A DNA stretch of 32,116 nucleotides, taken from positions 1-32,116 of IMG/VR virus record IMGVR_UViG_3300012346_000150; one strand, written 5' to 3'. Under the pieces are notes generated by a model that did not search any database, was not told where the DNA came from, and saw only the letters and a program-made list of their open reading frames with translations. Within the stretch, counting starts at the first letter, position 1; each line of letters opens with the position of its first letter. Positions 9,587 through 17,066 of this stretch are shown piece after piece. The translations under genes were made by a program, and so were the position numbers. The stretch is from a virus. Taxonomy: Duplodnaviria > Caudoviricetes.

Positions 9587-10475
9587 AAATAGAATATTGT
9601 TTTTTTAATAATTCACCAGCTAAAGCGTACTTTGAATAATAATCTAATCTTTTATCTGTTACTTCCATCCATTGTAATAAAATTCTTGATATATCATTCT
9701 TGTATTTTATATCTAATGATTCTTTCTTTATAGAAGAATTTTTAGCAGAGTGCGTTTTTTTACCATCATTAAACTTTAAAACTCCATATCGATTAACCTG
9801 CTGCCAACTTGTAGAATCACTACTGCTACAAAAATTCAATTCTTTTATTAATTTATTTTCCGTACAACCAAGCAAGTGTATATCTATACTTGGTTTTTTA
9901 TTTTTAATATAGTTTGCTAATTTAGTAGTATAATTTTTTAATTTTAATACTCTCAATTCTGGAACTGAAATAGCAATATAATCAGAAAATTCAATCATTC
10001 TATCTAATCCCTTTTGACCATCTTCTTTATGAAAGACATTTATCTGCCTGTTGTTTGGTAAATCTTTTTTCATTCTTTCTCTATATTGCCAAGCCGCTTC
10101 CACACCTAATACTTTTTGACAATCAACTTCTACGCAGGTCGATTTTATTTTATTTTCATTCACAAAATTTACTAATGAATTGTACCATATTTCAATCTCT
10201 CTTTTATCTCTTTTCCCAGCGTGTGCTCCAAACATTAAAGTAAACAAACCACTATCCATTATTGAATGCCTACTAAAAGCATTAAGATACTTTGCACTTT
10301 CAATAGTACAAGTTTTCATTTTCATTGGTTTAATACCAAGTGTATGTGCTATAAAAGGGAAAACAGTAAATAGTGAATATTTAATTCCAGAGCATTCGTG
10401 AAGTATTTGTGCGAAGTCTTGATTTTCTAAACCTGCAAAATGTACTTTAATATTAGATTGATTACTAACTATCAT
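9567..10475 (-). CDS. dpdA: DpdA-like 7-deazaguanine DNA transglycosylase (TGT fold)
   Basis: TGT/DpdA-type motifs IMDSGLFT, VEVD, NVFH, IHLLG and SSDSTSW; adjacent to queDE/folE. Subfamily cannot be assigned by eye. Confidence 0.8.
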   Translation of the reverse strand: MIVSNQSNIKVHFAGLENQDFAQILHECSGIKYSLFTVFPFIAHTLGIKPMKMKTCTIESAKYLNAFSRHSIMDSGLFTLMFGAHAGKRDKREIEIWYNSLVNFVNENKIKSTCVEVDCQKVLGVEAAWQYRERMKKDLPNNRQINVFHKEDGQKGLDRMIEFSDYIAISVPELRVLKLKNYTTKLANYIKNKKPSIDIHLLGCTENKLIKELNFCSSSDSTSWQQVNRYGVLKFNDGKKTHSAKNSSIKKESLDIKYKNDISRILLQWMEVTDKRLDYYSKYALAGELLKKQYSIYAGNQD

Positions 10476-10789
10476 TTAGTTATTTTTGCGCCATTCTCGT
10501 TATCTTCTAACACTTCACAGCTTATTAAGTTAAATTTATTCAAAAGTTTTTCTGCAATAGTTTCACAACTTTCATTACCATAATCATATCTTGATTTGCT
10601 ATAAGCCTCCATCTCTCTTTTTAGCATTATGATTTCAATATCTCTTTCGTTATGATGCACTTGTTTTTCAGCAGTAACATAAAACAAATGCCTATGTGGA
10701 CTTCTTAAGAATGAGACATCTTCAATAGGACATTCACTCCAGCAATGAATTGCTTCAAATTGATATTTTACTATTATTGTTTTTATCAT
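10472..10789 (-). CDS. dpdL: QueD-paralogue T-fold protein, DpdL-like (predicted CDG decarboxylase)
   Basis: FEAIHCW, LRSPHRHLF (LxxxHRHxF in place of QueD CxxxHGH), SCETIAE, VLEDNENGA. It is a second T-fold gene in a cluster lacking queC. Confidence 0.7.
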   Translation of the reverse strand: MIKTIIVKYQFEAIHCWSECPIEDVSFLRSPHRHLFYVTAEKQVHHNERDIEIIMLKREMEAYSKSRYDYGNESCETIAEKLLNKFNLISCEVLEDNENGAKITK

Positions 10790-11325
10790 AATCCTAATAA
10801 ATTAAATACTGCAGCCTCTGGAGTTTTGCCGTGTTTAAGTAATGCGTTTTTAACTAAGGTGTATTCCTCGTCTGTGTATTCTAATATTAGTTTCTTTTTA
10901 CCATCAACTGATTCTGGCTCTTGCTCCTCAAAGAATTCATCTAAATTTACATCTGCACCTATTTTTGGTATATTTAATCCCCAATCGTCCAGCTTTTCAA
11001 TATCCCATTCGTTTGCCAAAAGTTCGTAATCCCATTCTCCAAAAGCAACATTATCTTTAATAATGAATTCCTTCTGTTCCTGCTCGTTAAAATTATCAAG
11101 CACAACTATTGTTACTTCCTTCATTCCAGCGTCTTGACAAGCCTTTAAACGCATATTTCCACCTAATACAACCATATCAGCATTAACTGCAATAGGTCTT
11201 ACTTCCAACATCTTTGGGAACTTCTTAATTGAATTGACAAGTTGCTTAAACTTATCGTCACGTATTACACGAGGGTTTTCTGGGTTAGCCTTTATTTCGC
11301 TAATTTTGACTTTCTTTGTTTTCAT
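10786..11325 (-). CDS. ParB/Srx N-terminal-domain protein
   Basis: IKANPENPR...LVNSI...RPIAVN...VLGGNMRLKA...IKDN...GEWD; no fused methyltransferase domain. Confidence 0.85.
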   Translation of the reverse strand: MKTKKVKISEIKANPENPRVIRDDKFKQLVNSIKKFPKMLEVRPIAVNADMVVLGGNMRLKACQDAGMKEVTIVVLDNFNEQEQKEFIIKDNVAFGEWDYELLANEWDIEKLDDWGLNIPKIGADVNLDEFFEEQEPESVDGKKKLILEYTDEEYTLVKNALLKHGKTPEAAVFNLLGL

Positions 11326-11479
11326 TTAGGATAAAATGTTCTGTTAATGTATTTGGTATCTTGTTTTTTGTTAGCCACTTACTAAACGCTTCAGCAAGTA
11401 AGAATATATCTTCCGACTTTTCTAACTTAACTTTTACGCTTTTCTTTTGACCATTGAAGTTTAATTCAAATGTACTCAT
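11300..11479 (-). CDS. Hypothetical protein (59 aa, not in ORF track)
   Basis: MSTFELNFNGQKKSVKVKLEKSEDIFLLAEAFSKWLTKNKIPNTLTEHFILNENKESQN; has an AAAACCAAACAAT leader and fills the gap. Confidence 0.55.
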   Translation of the reverse strand: MSTFELNFNGQKKSVKVKLEKSEDIFLLAEAFSKWLTKNKIPNTLTEHFILNENKESQN

Positions 11480-11490
11480 ATTGTTTGGTT

Positions 11491-11610
11491 TTATCTTCCC
11501 TGCCCTCTATATTTTTTAGGCTTAGAAGCGTGTTTGTTATAACTTTTCTTTGCTGAACCACATTTTCTTTTGCCGAAGGTTGTTTTACCTGTGCTACTTA
11601 ACTTTGCCAT
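11491..11610 (-). CDS. Small basic protein ending KKYRGQGR (39 aa, not in ORF track)
   Basis: MAKLSSTGKTTFGKRKCGSAKKSYNKHASKPKKYRGQGR; I recognise the YRGQG ending from small phage proteins. Confidence 0.65.
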   Translation of the reverse strand: MAKLSSTGKTTFGKRKCGSAKKSYNKHASKPKKYRGQGR

Positions 11611-11848
11611 ATTCTTTCTCTATTAGTATATCAATATAATGTTTTGCTTTTATTAAATCCTGCAATCCGTTCTTAGACCTGTGCCTAACAATATACTTTA
11701 TGATATTGCCCTCAATGAAAGGTATATTGTTCTGGTATATGAAATCAGTAGGCTGAATGGCTAAGTTTTTGTAGTGAGTTCCACCCATCTGCTTGTCCAT
11801 TGCTGATTCTGGTTTTATATTCCCATTACAATCTACTCTAATTTCCAT
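11594..11848 (-). CDS. DUF3310 (SaV-like) protein
   Basis: QMGGTHY...IQP...FIEGNIIKYIVR...KNGLQDLIKAKHYID. Confidence 0.85.
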   Translation of the reverse strand: MEIRVDCNGNIKPESAMDKQMGGTHYKNLAIQPTDFIYQNNIPFIEGNIIKYIVRHRSKNGLQDLIKAKHYIDILIEKEYGKVK

Positions 11849-12092
11849 TTAGTTTTTCTTTATGCTTTTGAATTAAATATGGCATATGCGTTTTAGTATC
11901 ACCCATCACAATATGACATTGCCTACAAAGTGCCATAAGGTTTTCAATGTTGTCCGACTTTTTACTTCCCCCCATTCCTCGGCAATCGATATGGTGTATA
12001 TCGACCGCCTTAGAATTACATACTTCGCAGGGGATAAAGTCCTCGATACCATAACCAAAGTGCTTCATATAGACTTTAGTATGGTTCTTCAT
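11838..12092 (-). CDS. HNH endonuclease
   Basis: CEVC...VDIHHI...GMGG...NIENLMALCRQCH. Confidence 0.9.
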   Translation of the reverse strand: MKNHTKVYMKHFGYGIEDFIPCEVCNSKAVDIHHIDCRGMGGSKKSDNIENLMALCRQCHIVMGDTKTHMPYLIQKHKEKLNGN

Positions 12093-12322
12093 TAGACTTT
12101 ACTTGATTGGTCAGCTGATGGGTTATAATCATTTAATGTAATGGAAACATCTTTGCCGTATTCATTTACTTTATCGTAAACATTGATATTTACATTAACA
12201 TAAGTCTTTCCGTTGTATTCGTATGAATGCTTTTCAGCATCAGACAAACATACTGCGGCAGTAAGCCATTCTGGTTTACGCTTCTTTCCGCTTCCTAAAT
12301 AGATTTTTTTGGTTTGTTCCAT
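12092..12322 (-). CDS. Small conserved phage protein, possibly ssDNA-binding
   Basis: KIYLGSGKK...YNGKTYVNVNI...NEYGKDVSI pattern; function is inferred only. Confidence 0.45.
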   Translation of the reverse strand: MEQTKKIYLGSGKKRKPEWLTAAVCLSDAEKHSYEYNGKTYVNVNINVYDKVNEYGKDVSITLNDYNPSADQSSKV

Positions 12323-12328
12323 ATGGTT

Positions 12329-12637
12329 TTATTTTTTGGTTTTTCTGGTTCTTTTAACTATTGGCGCTTCTGTTGGTTCTAATACAGGAACATCTTCTGA
12401 ATATACATTTGTTGGTGCATTTGCTTCGTACCAGCTATATAGGAAGTGAACTAACTCTGCTCTACAACTGCTACACCAATGACTGAATGAATGTGTAGGA
12501 CTTACATACTTAATATACAAACCTACTAACTCGTTATATGTTTCTTTTGTATAGTTCCTAATATAGGAATGTTTTTTCAAGCAAGTATATAGTTCTAAGT
12601 GCTTTTCAAATAGCAATATATCTTCTGCCGTAATCAT
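12329..12637 (-). CDS. Hypothetical protein with CxxC (WCSSC)
   Basis: Coupled ORF with a CSSC motif and a basic C-terminal tail. Confidence 0.6.
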   Translation of the reverse strand: MITAEDILLFEKHLELYTCLKKHSYIRNYTKETYNELVGLYIKYVSPTHSFSHWCSSCRAELVHFLYSWYEANAPTNVYSEDVPVLEPTEAPIVKRTRKTKK

Positions 12638-12900
12638 AATTCAAATTTATTTGTTATCAAATCCTCTATGTAAAGATACATAAAAGGTACTGCGCTACTA
12701 ATAAATATAGAATTTAATAAATTTGTTTGGAACATAAAAGAAAAAAAAGCAATCCAGAACGATAAACAGAAGCCACATCCAAAGGGTTTGACTACTCGTA
12801 AGCCTGTTTTGATTAATAACTTTGTAGGTACTTTTAGGATATGTAGCCACAACATTGGTAAAAATATTGCTCCTAATAAGATAGTGATTGTTTGATACAT
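12634..12900 (-). CDS. Small membrane protein with C-x-x-C-x-S-F-W motif (DUF1360-like)
   Basis: Hydrophobic; contains KPFGCGFCLSFW. Confidence 0.6.
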   Translation of the reverse strand: MYQTITILLGAIFLPMLWLHILKVPTKLLIKTGLRVVKPFGCGFCLSFWIAFFSFMFQTNLLNSIFISSAVPFMYLYIEDLITNKFEL

Positions 12901-13358
12901 TTGCGTATGTTTTTTATGGTTATAAATATAGAAGTGGGTGGTATACCTGTAATTGCTGAAACCTTTCTCACACTTCCTTCCTCAATATACATTTTTAAAA
13001 TTTCCTTATCATACCAATATAAGTCATTGATTTTTAAATTTATAGAGTCAATTAAAGGTTGCTGGTCGTAATCGTCTTCTTCCTCCTTAACGAACTTCAT
13101 TATATCCTCTACAGGGATTATGTTATTATATAGCTTGTACATCTTTCCATACTTGCTATGTATCTGATTACAACATATTCTAACCACCCAGAACCTAAAA
13201 ATATCCTTTCCCTTTTCAGTTATTTCTTTAATTTTTTCTTGGTCATATTCAAGTACTATTACTGCTATTTCTTGTCGAAGGTCCTCCCAAAGGTCTTTCC
13301 CAATGTTTTTGAAGGTTAGTTCAAACTCTTTATCGTATATCCAATTAATTGCTTTCAA
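12873..13358 (-). CDS. Sigma-70/ECF-like transcription factor (region 2-like segment plus region 4 HTH)
   Basis: EDLRQEIAV, F.FWVVRI..N, and a C-terminal YDKEILKMY...SVRKVSAITGIPPTSIFITIKNIR HTH. Confidence 0.7.
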   Translation of the reverse strand: MKAINWIYDKEFELTFKNIGKDLWEDLRQEIAVIVLEYDQEKIKEITEKGKDIFRFWVVRICCNQIHSKYGKMYKLYNNIIPVEDIMKFVKEEEDDYDQQPLIDSINLKINDLYWYDKEILKMYIEEGSVRKVSAITGIPPTSIFITIKNIRKCIKQSLSY

Positions 13359-13725
13359 GGTACTCTGTTATGATTTGTATGGCTTCTCCGTACCCCTGTG
13401 CAAATTTAGCTTGATAACCCCTTGCATATAACATTGATAGCATTCTTGCCTGTTCTTCGTGGTGCTGGTTCTTTCTTAGCGTTCCATCAGCTTTATATAA
13501 TTTATTGTGCAAGGTCTTTAGTTCTATGAATAATCCGCAATATCCTCCTCTCGGTTCTGCAATAAACAAGTCTGGGTATGCTGAATGAGATTGAAGTGAT
13601 TTGTGCCTCTTAGCCATACCGATACTCATTTTCATACCGCTACTAAAATCAGTTCTGAATATAATATTAGGGTACTTTACTTTCAAGTACTGAACAACTA
13701 AGCTATGTACATCTTTTTCAAGCAT
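13345..13725 (-). CDS. VRR-NUC-like PD-(D/E)xK nuclease / resolvase
   Basis: EKDVH...YPDLFI...GLFIELK...Q...L..RGY. Likely start is the ATG at 13725, not the TTG at 13731. Confidence 0.8.
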   Translation of the reverse strand: MLEKDVHSLVVQYLKVKYPNIIFRTDFSSGMKMSIGMAKRHKSLQSHSAYPDLFIAEPRGGYCGLFIELKTLHNKLYKADGTLRKNQHHEEQARMLSMLYARGYQAKFAQGYGEAIQIITEYLESN

Positions 13726-13728
13726 AAT

Positions 13729-13736
13729 CAAATATA
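13729..13736 (-). promoter_or_regulatory. Bacteroidota-type -7 promoter element TATATTTG
   Basis: Exact TAnnTTTG match 3 nt upstream of the nuclease ATG (TATATTTG-ATT-ATG). Confidence 0.45.
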
Positions 13737-13746
13737 GTAATTAAAT

Positions 13747-15081
13747 TTAAAATGAAAAATTATTTTTAAACTCCTCAAATTTCATTTGTTCCCCAATAAA
13801 CCTAAGCGGTATATTTTTGAGGCTTCCGTGCCTATTCTTAGCAACCTTGACAATAGCTGAACCAATACTTGGTATAACCTGCCCTCCGACTTCAACTTCT
13901 GTTATGCCGTAGGTTTCTGGTCGCATAAGAAAAATAACCGAATCAGCATCTTGCTCAATACCTCCAGATTCTCTAAGGTCAGATAGTTGTGGCATTTTAT
14001 CGTTACGGCTTTCAACCGCCCTGCTTAACTGACTTAATGCTAAAACAGGAATATTTAGTTCTTTAGCTATAATCTTACAACCCCTGCTAATTTCCGCAAT
14101 TTCACTTTCCCTGTTTCCCTTCCTATCTACCCCAGACATAAGTTGTAAATAGTCTACACAAAGGAATTTAATATCGTATTTACGTTTCATTATAGTTGCT
14201 TTACTTCTAAGGTCTCGAATGTTTAAACTTGGATTATCGTCTATATATAGGGGAAACTTCTCCATTTTACCCATTGAAGTCATTAAATTAGCATTATCAA
14301 CTCCATTTAAGTTGTTATGTCTAAGGTTTGAATGTGGTATGCCTGTTACAAGGCTTAAAAGCCTATTTACAAGTTGTTCGCCACTCATTTCAAGGGAAAA
14401 TATACCTACAGGATTACCTTGCTCTAATTGGCTTAAAATCGTGTTTAACATAAAGGCAGTTTTACCCTGTGCAGGTCGTGCGGCTAAAATTATTAAATCT
14501 GGAGCAACCCAACCACTTATAACACTATTTAAACTATCCCAACCTGTGTTTAAACCTATTTGACCATTGGCAAGTATTTCATCTCTTTGCTTTGCTAATT
14601 CATAAAGGTAGTGTGCCATATCCTTTTCAGTATTCTTATACACATTAGTCTGGGTAGTTAGTATTTTATTACTTGCTTTATTAAGTATTGAATCTACATC
14701 TAAAGCGGCATAAGAATCGTTTATAAGTTCCTGCCCTATTTGTATTCCCTGTCTTTGTAAGTAGTGTTGTTGCAAAATACCAATCCAATCTTCCATATGT
14801 GCTGAACTATATACATTATCTGTATATTTTGTAAGTTCATATACCCCACCTAATTGTTCTAAAGTATTAGTTTGTTTAAGATGGTTAGATATTGTTATAA
14901 TATCTACGCTAACCATATTATCATACAAGTATTGAATAGTTTCGTATATAAGCTGGTTTTTAGGCTGGTAAAAAAAGTCTTTACTTAGCTTGTTCATATA
15001 CTCTGGTACTGACTTAGGCTCAATCATTAATACACCAAGTATATTTTTTTCTATATCTCCTGCATTTGGTGGCACTCTCAT
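13747..15081 (-). CDS. dnaB: Replicative DNA helicase
   Basis: AARPAQGKT, FSLEMS, VDYLQLM, LSQLSR, SDLRESGGIEQDAD, AKNRHG. Confidence 0.97.
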   Translation of the reverse strand: MRVPPNAGDIEKNILGVLMIEPKSVPEYMNKLSKDFFYQPKNQLIYETIQYLYDNMVSVDIITISNHLKQTNTLEQLGGVYELTKYTDNVYSSAHMEDWIGILQQHYLQRQGIQIGQELINDSYAALDVDSILNKASNKILTTQTNVYKNTEKDMAHYLYELAKQRDEILANGQIGLNTGWDSLNSVISGWVAPDLIILAARPAQGKTAFMLNTILSQLEQGNPVGIFSLEMSGEQLVNRLLSLVTGIPHSNLRHNNLNGVDNANLMTSMGKMEKFPLYIDDNPSLNIRDLRSKATIMKRKYDIKFLCVDYLQLMSGVDRKGNRESEIAEISRGCKIIAKELNIPVLALSQLSRAVESRNDKMPQLSDLRESGGIEQDADSVIFLMRPETYGITEVEVGGQVIPSIGSAIVKVAKNRHGSLKNIPLRFIGEQMKFEEFKNNFSF

Positions 15082-15755
15082 TTTAATACGATTTTAGAGG
15101 TTGATACTTCTGTTTTAATAGGTTTAAGGTATGGTAAGGTGTTCTTAAATTTAGTCTTCCAATTCTTGATTTCATTACCATTACCATCTATCCAGCCTGT
15201 TTCTAACCAAGAACTGAACTTAGCCTTTATTGTGTATTTTAGACTTTCAAAATCTAATCCTACTTTTTCAACTTCCTCCTTAGCATAATTTAAAAACTCT
15301 GGCTCAGATGGTATATTTACTTTACTTTCTTTTACTTTACTTTCCTTTCCTTGCATTGCAGATGCATTACTTATGCATTGCATTTGCATTGCATTTGCAT
15401 CTTTTACTGAATCCCATCTTTTACGAGCCGCTATTCTTGCCCTGTCTGTTTTCTCAATATAAGGTTGAAGATAAACTATCTGTTTAAGGCTAAAAAATAC
15501 ACCAGATTCTTCGATTGTAAATAAATCGTAGTTATGAATTATAGTTTTTACTTTAGGTTCGCTGGTTCCTATTTCATCTGCTAATAAGTCAATGTCTTGT
15601 AGTGGGTATTTAAAATCTAATTGTTCTCTAAGTATTTCAAGAAGTTGAAAGTAAATTGCGTACCCTTCTAATCCTAATTCTTTTTGAACCCTTTTAAGTT
15701 TCCTGTCGTGCCTTGCATTTGCAAAGTGAGGAAAATAAAACGCATCTTTTTTCAT
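15078..15755 (-). CDS. Phage replication initiator (DUF4373 / Lin1244-like N-terminus)
   Basis: YFPHFANARHDRK...GLEGYAIYFQLLEIL; low-complexity linker; C-terminal GW.DGNG..IKNWK; directly upstream of dnaB. Confidence 0.85.
   Translation of the reverse strand: MKKDAFYFPHFANARHDRKLKRVQKELGLEGYAIYFQLLEILREQLDFKYPLQDIDLLADEIGTSEPKVKTIIHNYDLFTIEESGVFFSLKQIVYLQPYIEKTDRARIAARKRWDSVKDANAMQMQCISNASAMQGKESKVKESKVNIPSEPEFLNYAKEEVEKVGLDFESLKYTIKAKFSSWLETGWIDGNGNEIKNWKTKFKNTLPYLKPIKTEVSTSKIVLK
15316..15400. repeat. Short tandem repeats inside the initiator gene (candidate origin iterons)
   Basis: TTTAC/TTTC repeats at 15316-15350, then repeated TGCAT/TTGCA units at 15351-15400. Confidence 0.55.
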
Positions 15756-15758
15756 AAG

Positions 15759-15977
15759 TTATTTGTTTTGGTTATAGGTTTGGTTGTAGTATTCTAATGC
15801 TTCTCCTCTTCTACTCTTTTTAAATGGAGGACTATAAAAACCCTCCTCGTGTGCCTCTATTATCTGCTCTTTTTCTTTTTCAAGGAATGGTTTAAATGGT
15901 TCAATATTTAAATTAAGACCAGATTTTAAAAATTCTTTTTGTAAATCTTCAATTAATTCTTGCATCGCTGTTTTCAT
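15759..15977 (-). CDS. Small hypothetical protein (KTAMQELIE...EKEKEQ...YNQTYNQNK family, copy 2)
   Basis: Paralogous to 16516..16749 in its N-terminal, central and C-terminal blocks. Confidence 0.75.
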   Translation of the reverse strand: MKTAMQELIEDLQKEFLKSGLNLNIEPFKPFLEKEKEQIIEAHEEGFYSPPFKKSRRGEALEYYNQTYNQNK

Positions 15978-15993
15978 AGGTTATTTGTTTTGG

Positions 15994-16122
15994 TTATAGG
16001 TTTGGACAGTGGTATTCTTTTTTAAATATCAATCTGTACGTTGTAAATTCTTCCCAAGTTTTTAATGGTCTTTTGTCTAGTGCTTTTAAAAACACAATCC
16101 ATTCAAATGATAATTCTTTCAT
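15994..16122 (-). CDS. Hypothetical 42-aa protein (not in ORF track)
   Basis: MKELSFEWIVFLKALDKRPLKTWEEFTTYRLIFKKEYHCPNL; starts at TAACCT-ATG like its neighbours. Confidence 0.5.
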   Translation of the reverse strand: MKELSFEWIVFLKALDKRPLKTWEEFTTYRLIFKKEYHCPNL

Positions 16123-16125
16123 AGG

Positions 16126-16512
16126 TTATTTGTTTTTAACTATTTCAATCAATTTTTTAAGACAAGCAAGTTCTGCTTCTTCGTAGGTAGGATAAAGTTC
16201 TTCAACTCCTTCTTCACATATAAAGTATGTGTAAAACTTGATTACTTTATCATAATGTATATAACTGTCAAATCCATACTTCTCTCTAAACCATCTAAAT
16301 GCTTGTTGGTATAGTGGTGCAGCTACAAAAGTTGTATGTATTTCGCTATTAAAAACAAAGCAATCTTCAACTTCTACATCATCATTTTGCAAAGCAGTAT
16401 CAAATACTCCTACTAATTCTTTTTTAGGATTATATGATGTAAGGCACTTTTCGTTAAAACCTAATTCTTTAAGTTCTAATGCTTGTTCATAAGGGATAAA
16501 TTCTTTGTTCAT
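16126..16512 (-). CDS. Conserved hypothetical phage protein
   Basis: EFIPYEQALELKELGF...APLYQQAFRWFREKY...TYEEAELACLKKLIEI, a pattern I recognise from Bacteroidota phages. Confidence 0.75.
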   Translation of the reverse strand: MNKEFIPYEQALELKELGFNEKCLTSYNPKKELVGVFDTALQNDDVEVEDCFVFNSEIHTTFVAAPLYQQAFRWFREKYGFDSYIHYDKVIKFYTYFICEEGVEELYPTYEEAELACLKKLIEIVKNK

Positions 16513-16515
16513 AGG

Positions 16516-16749
16516 TTATTTGTTTTGGTTATAGGTTTGGTTGTAAAATTCTTCAGCAGATTTTAAGAACAATGAAGTGTGCATTGCATCAAAATAATGT
16601 TCAATATATTTTTCTGCAAACTCTATCATCTGCTCTTTTTCTTTTTCAAGTAATCTATCTTTATTATTTTCAATCCATTTAAGTAATTTAAATACGTCAT
16701 TTTTTGAATTAAATACTTCAATTAATTCTTGCATTGCTGTTTTGCTCAT
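16516..16749 (-). CDS. Small hypothetical protein (KTAMQELIE family, copy 1)
   Basis: Probable start MSKTAMQ at 16749; the longer track start (16776) lies inside a terminator-like stem. Confidence 0.75.
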   Translation of the reverse strand: MSKTAMQELIEVFNSKNDVFKLLKWIENNKDRLLEKEKEQMIEFAEKYIEHYFDAMHTSLFLKSAEEFYNQTYNQNK

Positions 16750-16761
16750 AGTGTTTAGTTT

Positions 16762-16823
16762 AAAAAACCACCCCAAGTTCCCGAATTACTATTTGGTTAA
16801 AAATATTAATATCTTGAGGTGGT
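16762..16823 (-). terminator. Large-loop stem followed by U-tract (terminator/attenuator candidate)
   Basis: Minus strand reads ACCACCTCAAG-N35-CTTGGGGTGGT-TTTTT: an 11-bp stem with one G-U pair. Confidence 0.5.
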
Positions 16824-16831
16824 ATAAGTTT

Positions 16832-17065
16832 TTATTTATTTAATATAATCTTCCTTGATTTTTTGTAATAGTGTATTTTTAAATACCCTTTCTTTTCTAA
16901 AGCAAATAACCAATTATTTATCGTAACCACGCTTACATTAAATTTATAGGCATAGTATTCGTTCCCTTCTTCGGTTTCGCCTGTTTTATCTAAAAAACCA
17001 ATGAATAGCTTTGCAGCTGGTGTTAATTCTCTGTCGTTAAAGATATTGTCTTTTATGCAAATCAT
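16832..17065 (-). CDS. Winged helix-turn-helix protein
   Basis: ELTPAAKL...NEYYAYKFNVSVVTINNWLFALEKKGYL. Confidence 0.75.
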   Translation of the reverse strand: MICIKDNIFNDRELTPAAKLFIGFLDKTGETEEGNEYYAYKFNVSVVTINNWLFALEKKGYLKIHYYKKSRKIILNK

Positions 17066-17066
17066 T

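Larger units (their letters stand above)
15758..16540. repeat. 26-bp direct repeat GTTATTTGTTTTGGTTATAGGTTTGG, three exact copies plus partial copies
   Basis: Exact copies at 15758-15783, 15980-16005 and 16515-16540. Partial copies: CATAGGTTATTTGTTTT at 16120-16136 and AGGTTATTTGT at 19716-19726. Each copy sits at a gene junction. Confidence 0.9.

Noticed and set aside
10786-11325. ParB as a plasmid-prophage partition system
   Set aside because: No parA, no HTH or dimerisation domain, and no parS-like repeats were seen.
15758-16540. 26-bp repeats as a CRISPR array
   Set aside because: Spacing is 222 and 535 bp, the intervals are whole ORFs, the repeat is not palindromic, and there are no cas genes.
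15759-16749. Paralogous minigenes as a DGR template/variable repeat pair
   Set aside because: There is no reverse transcriptase in the window, and the differences are block replacements rather than adenine-specific substitutions.
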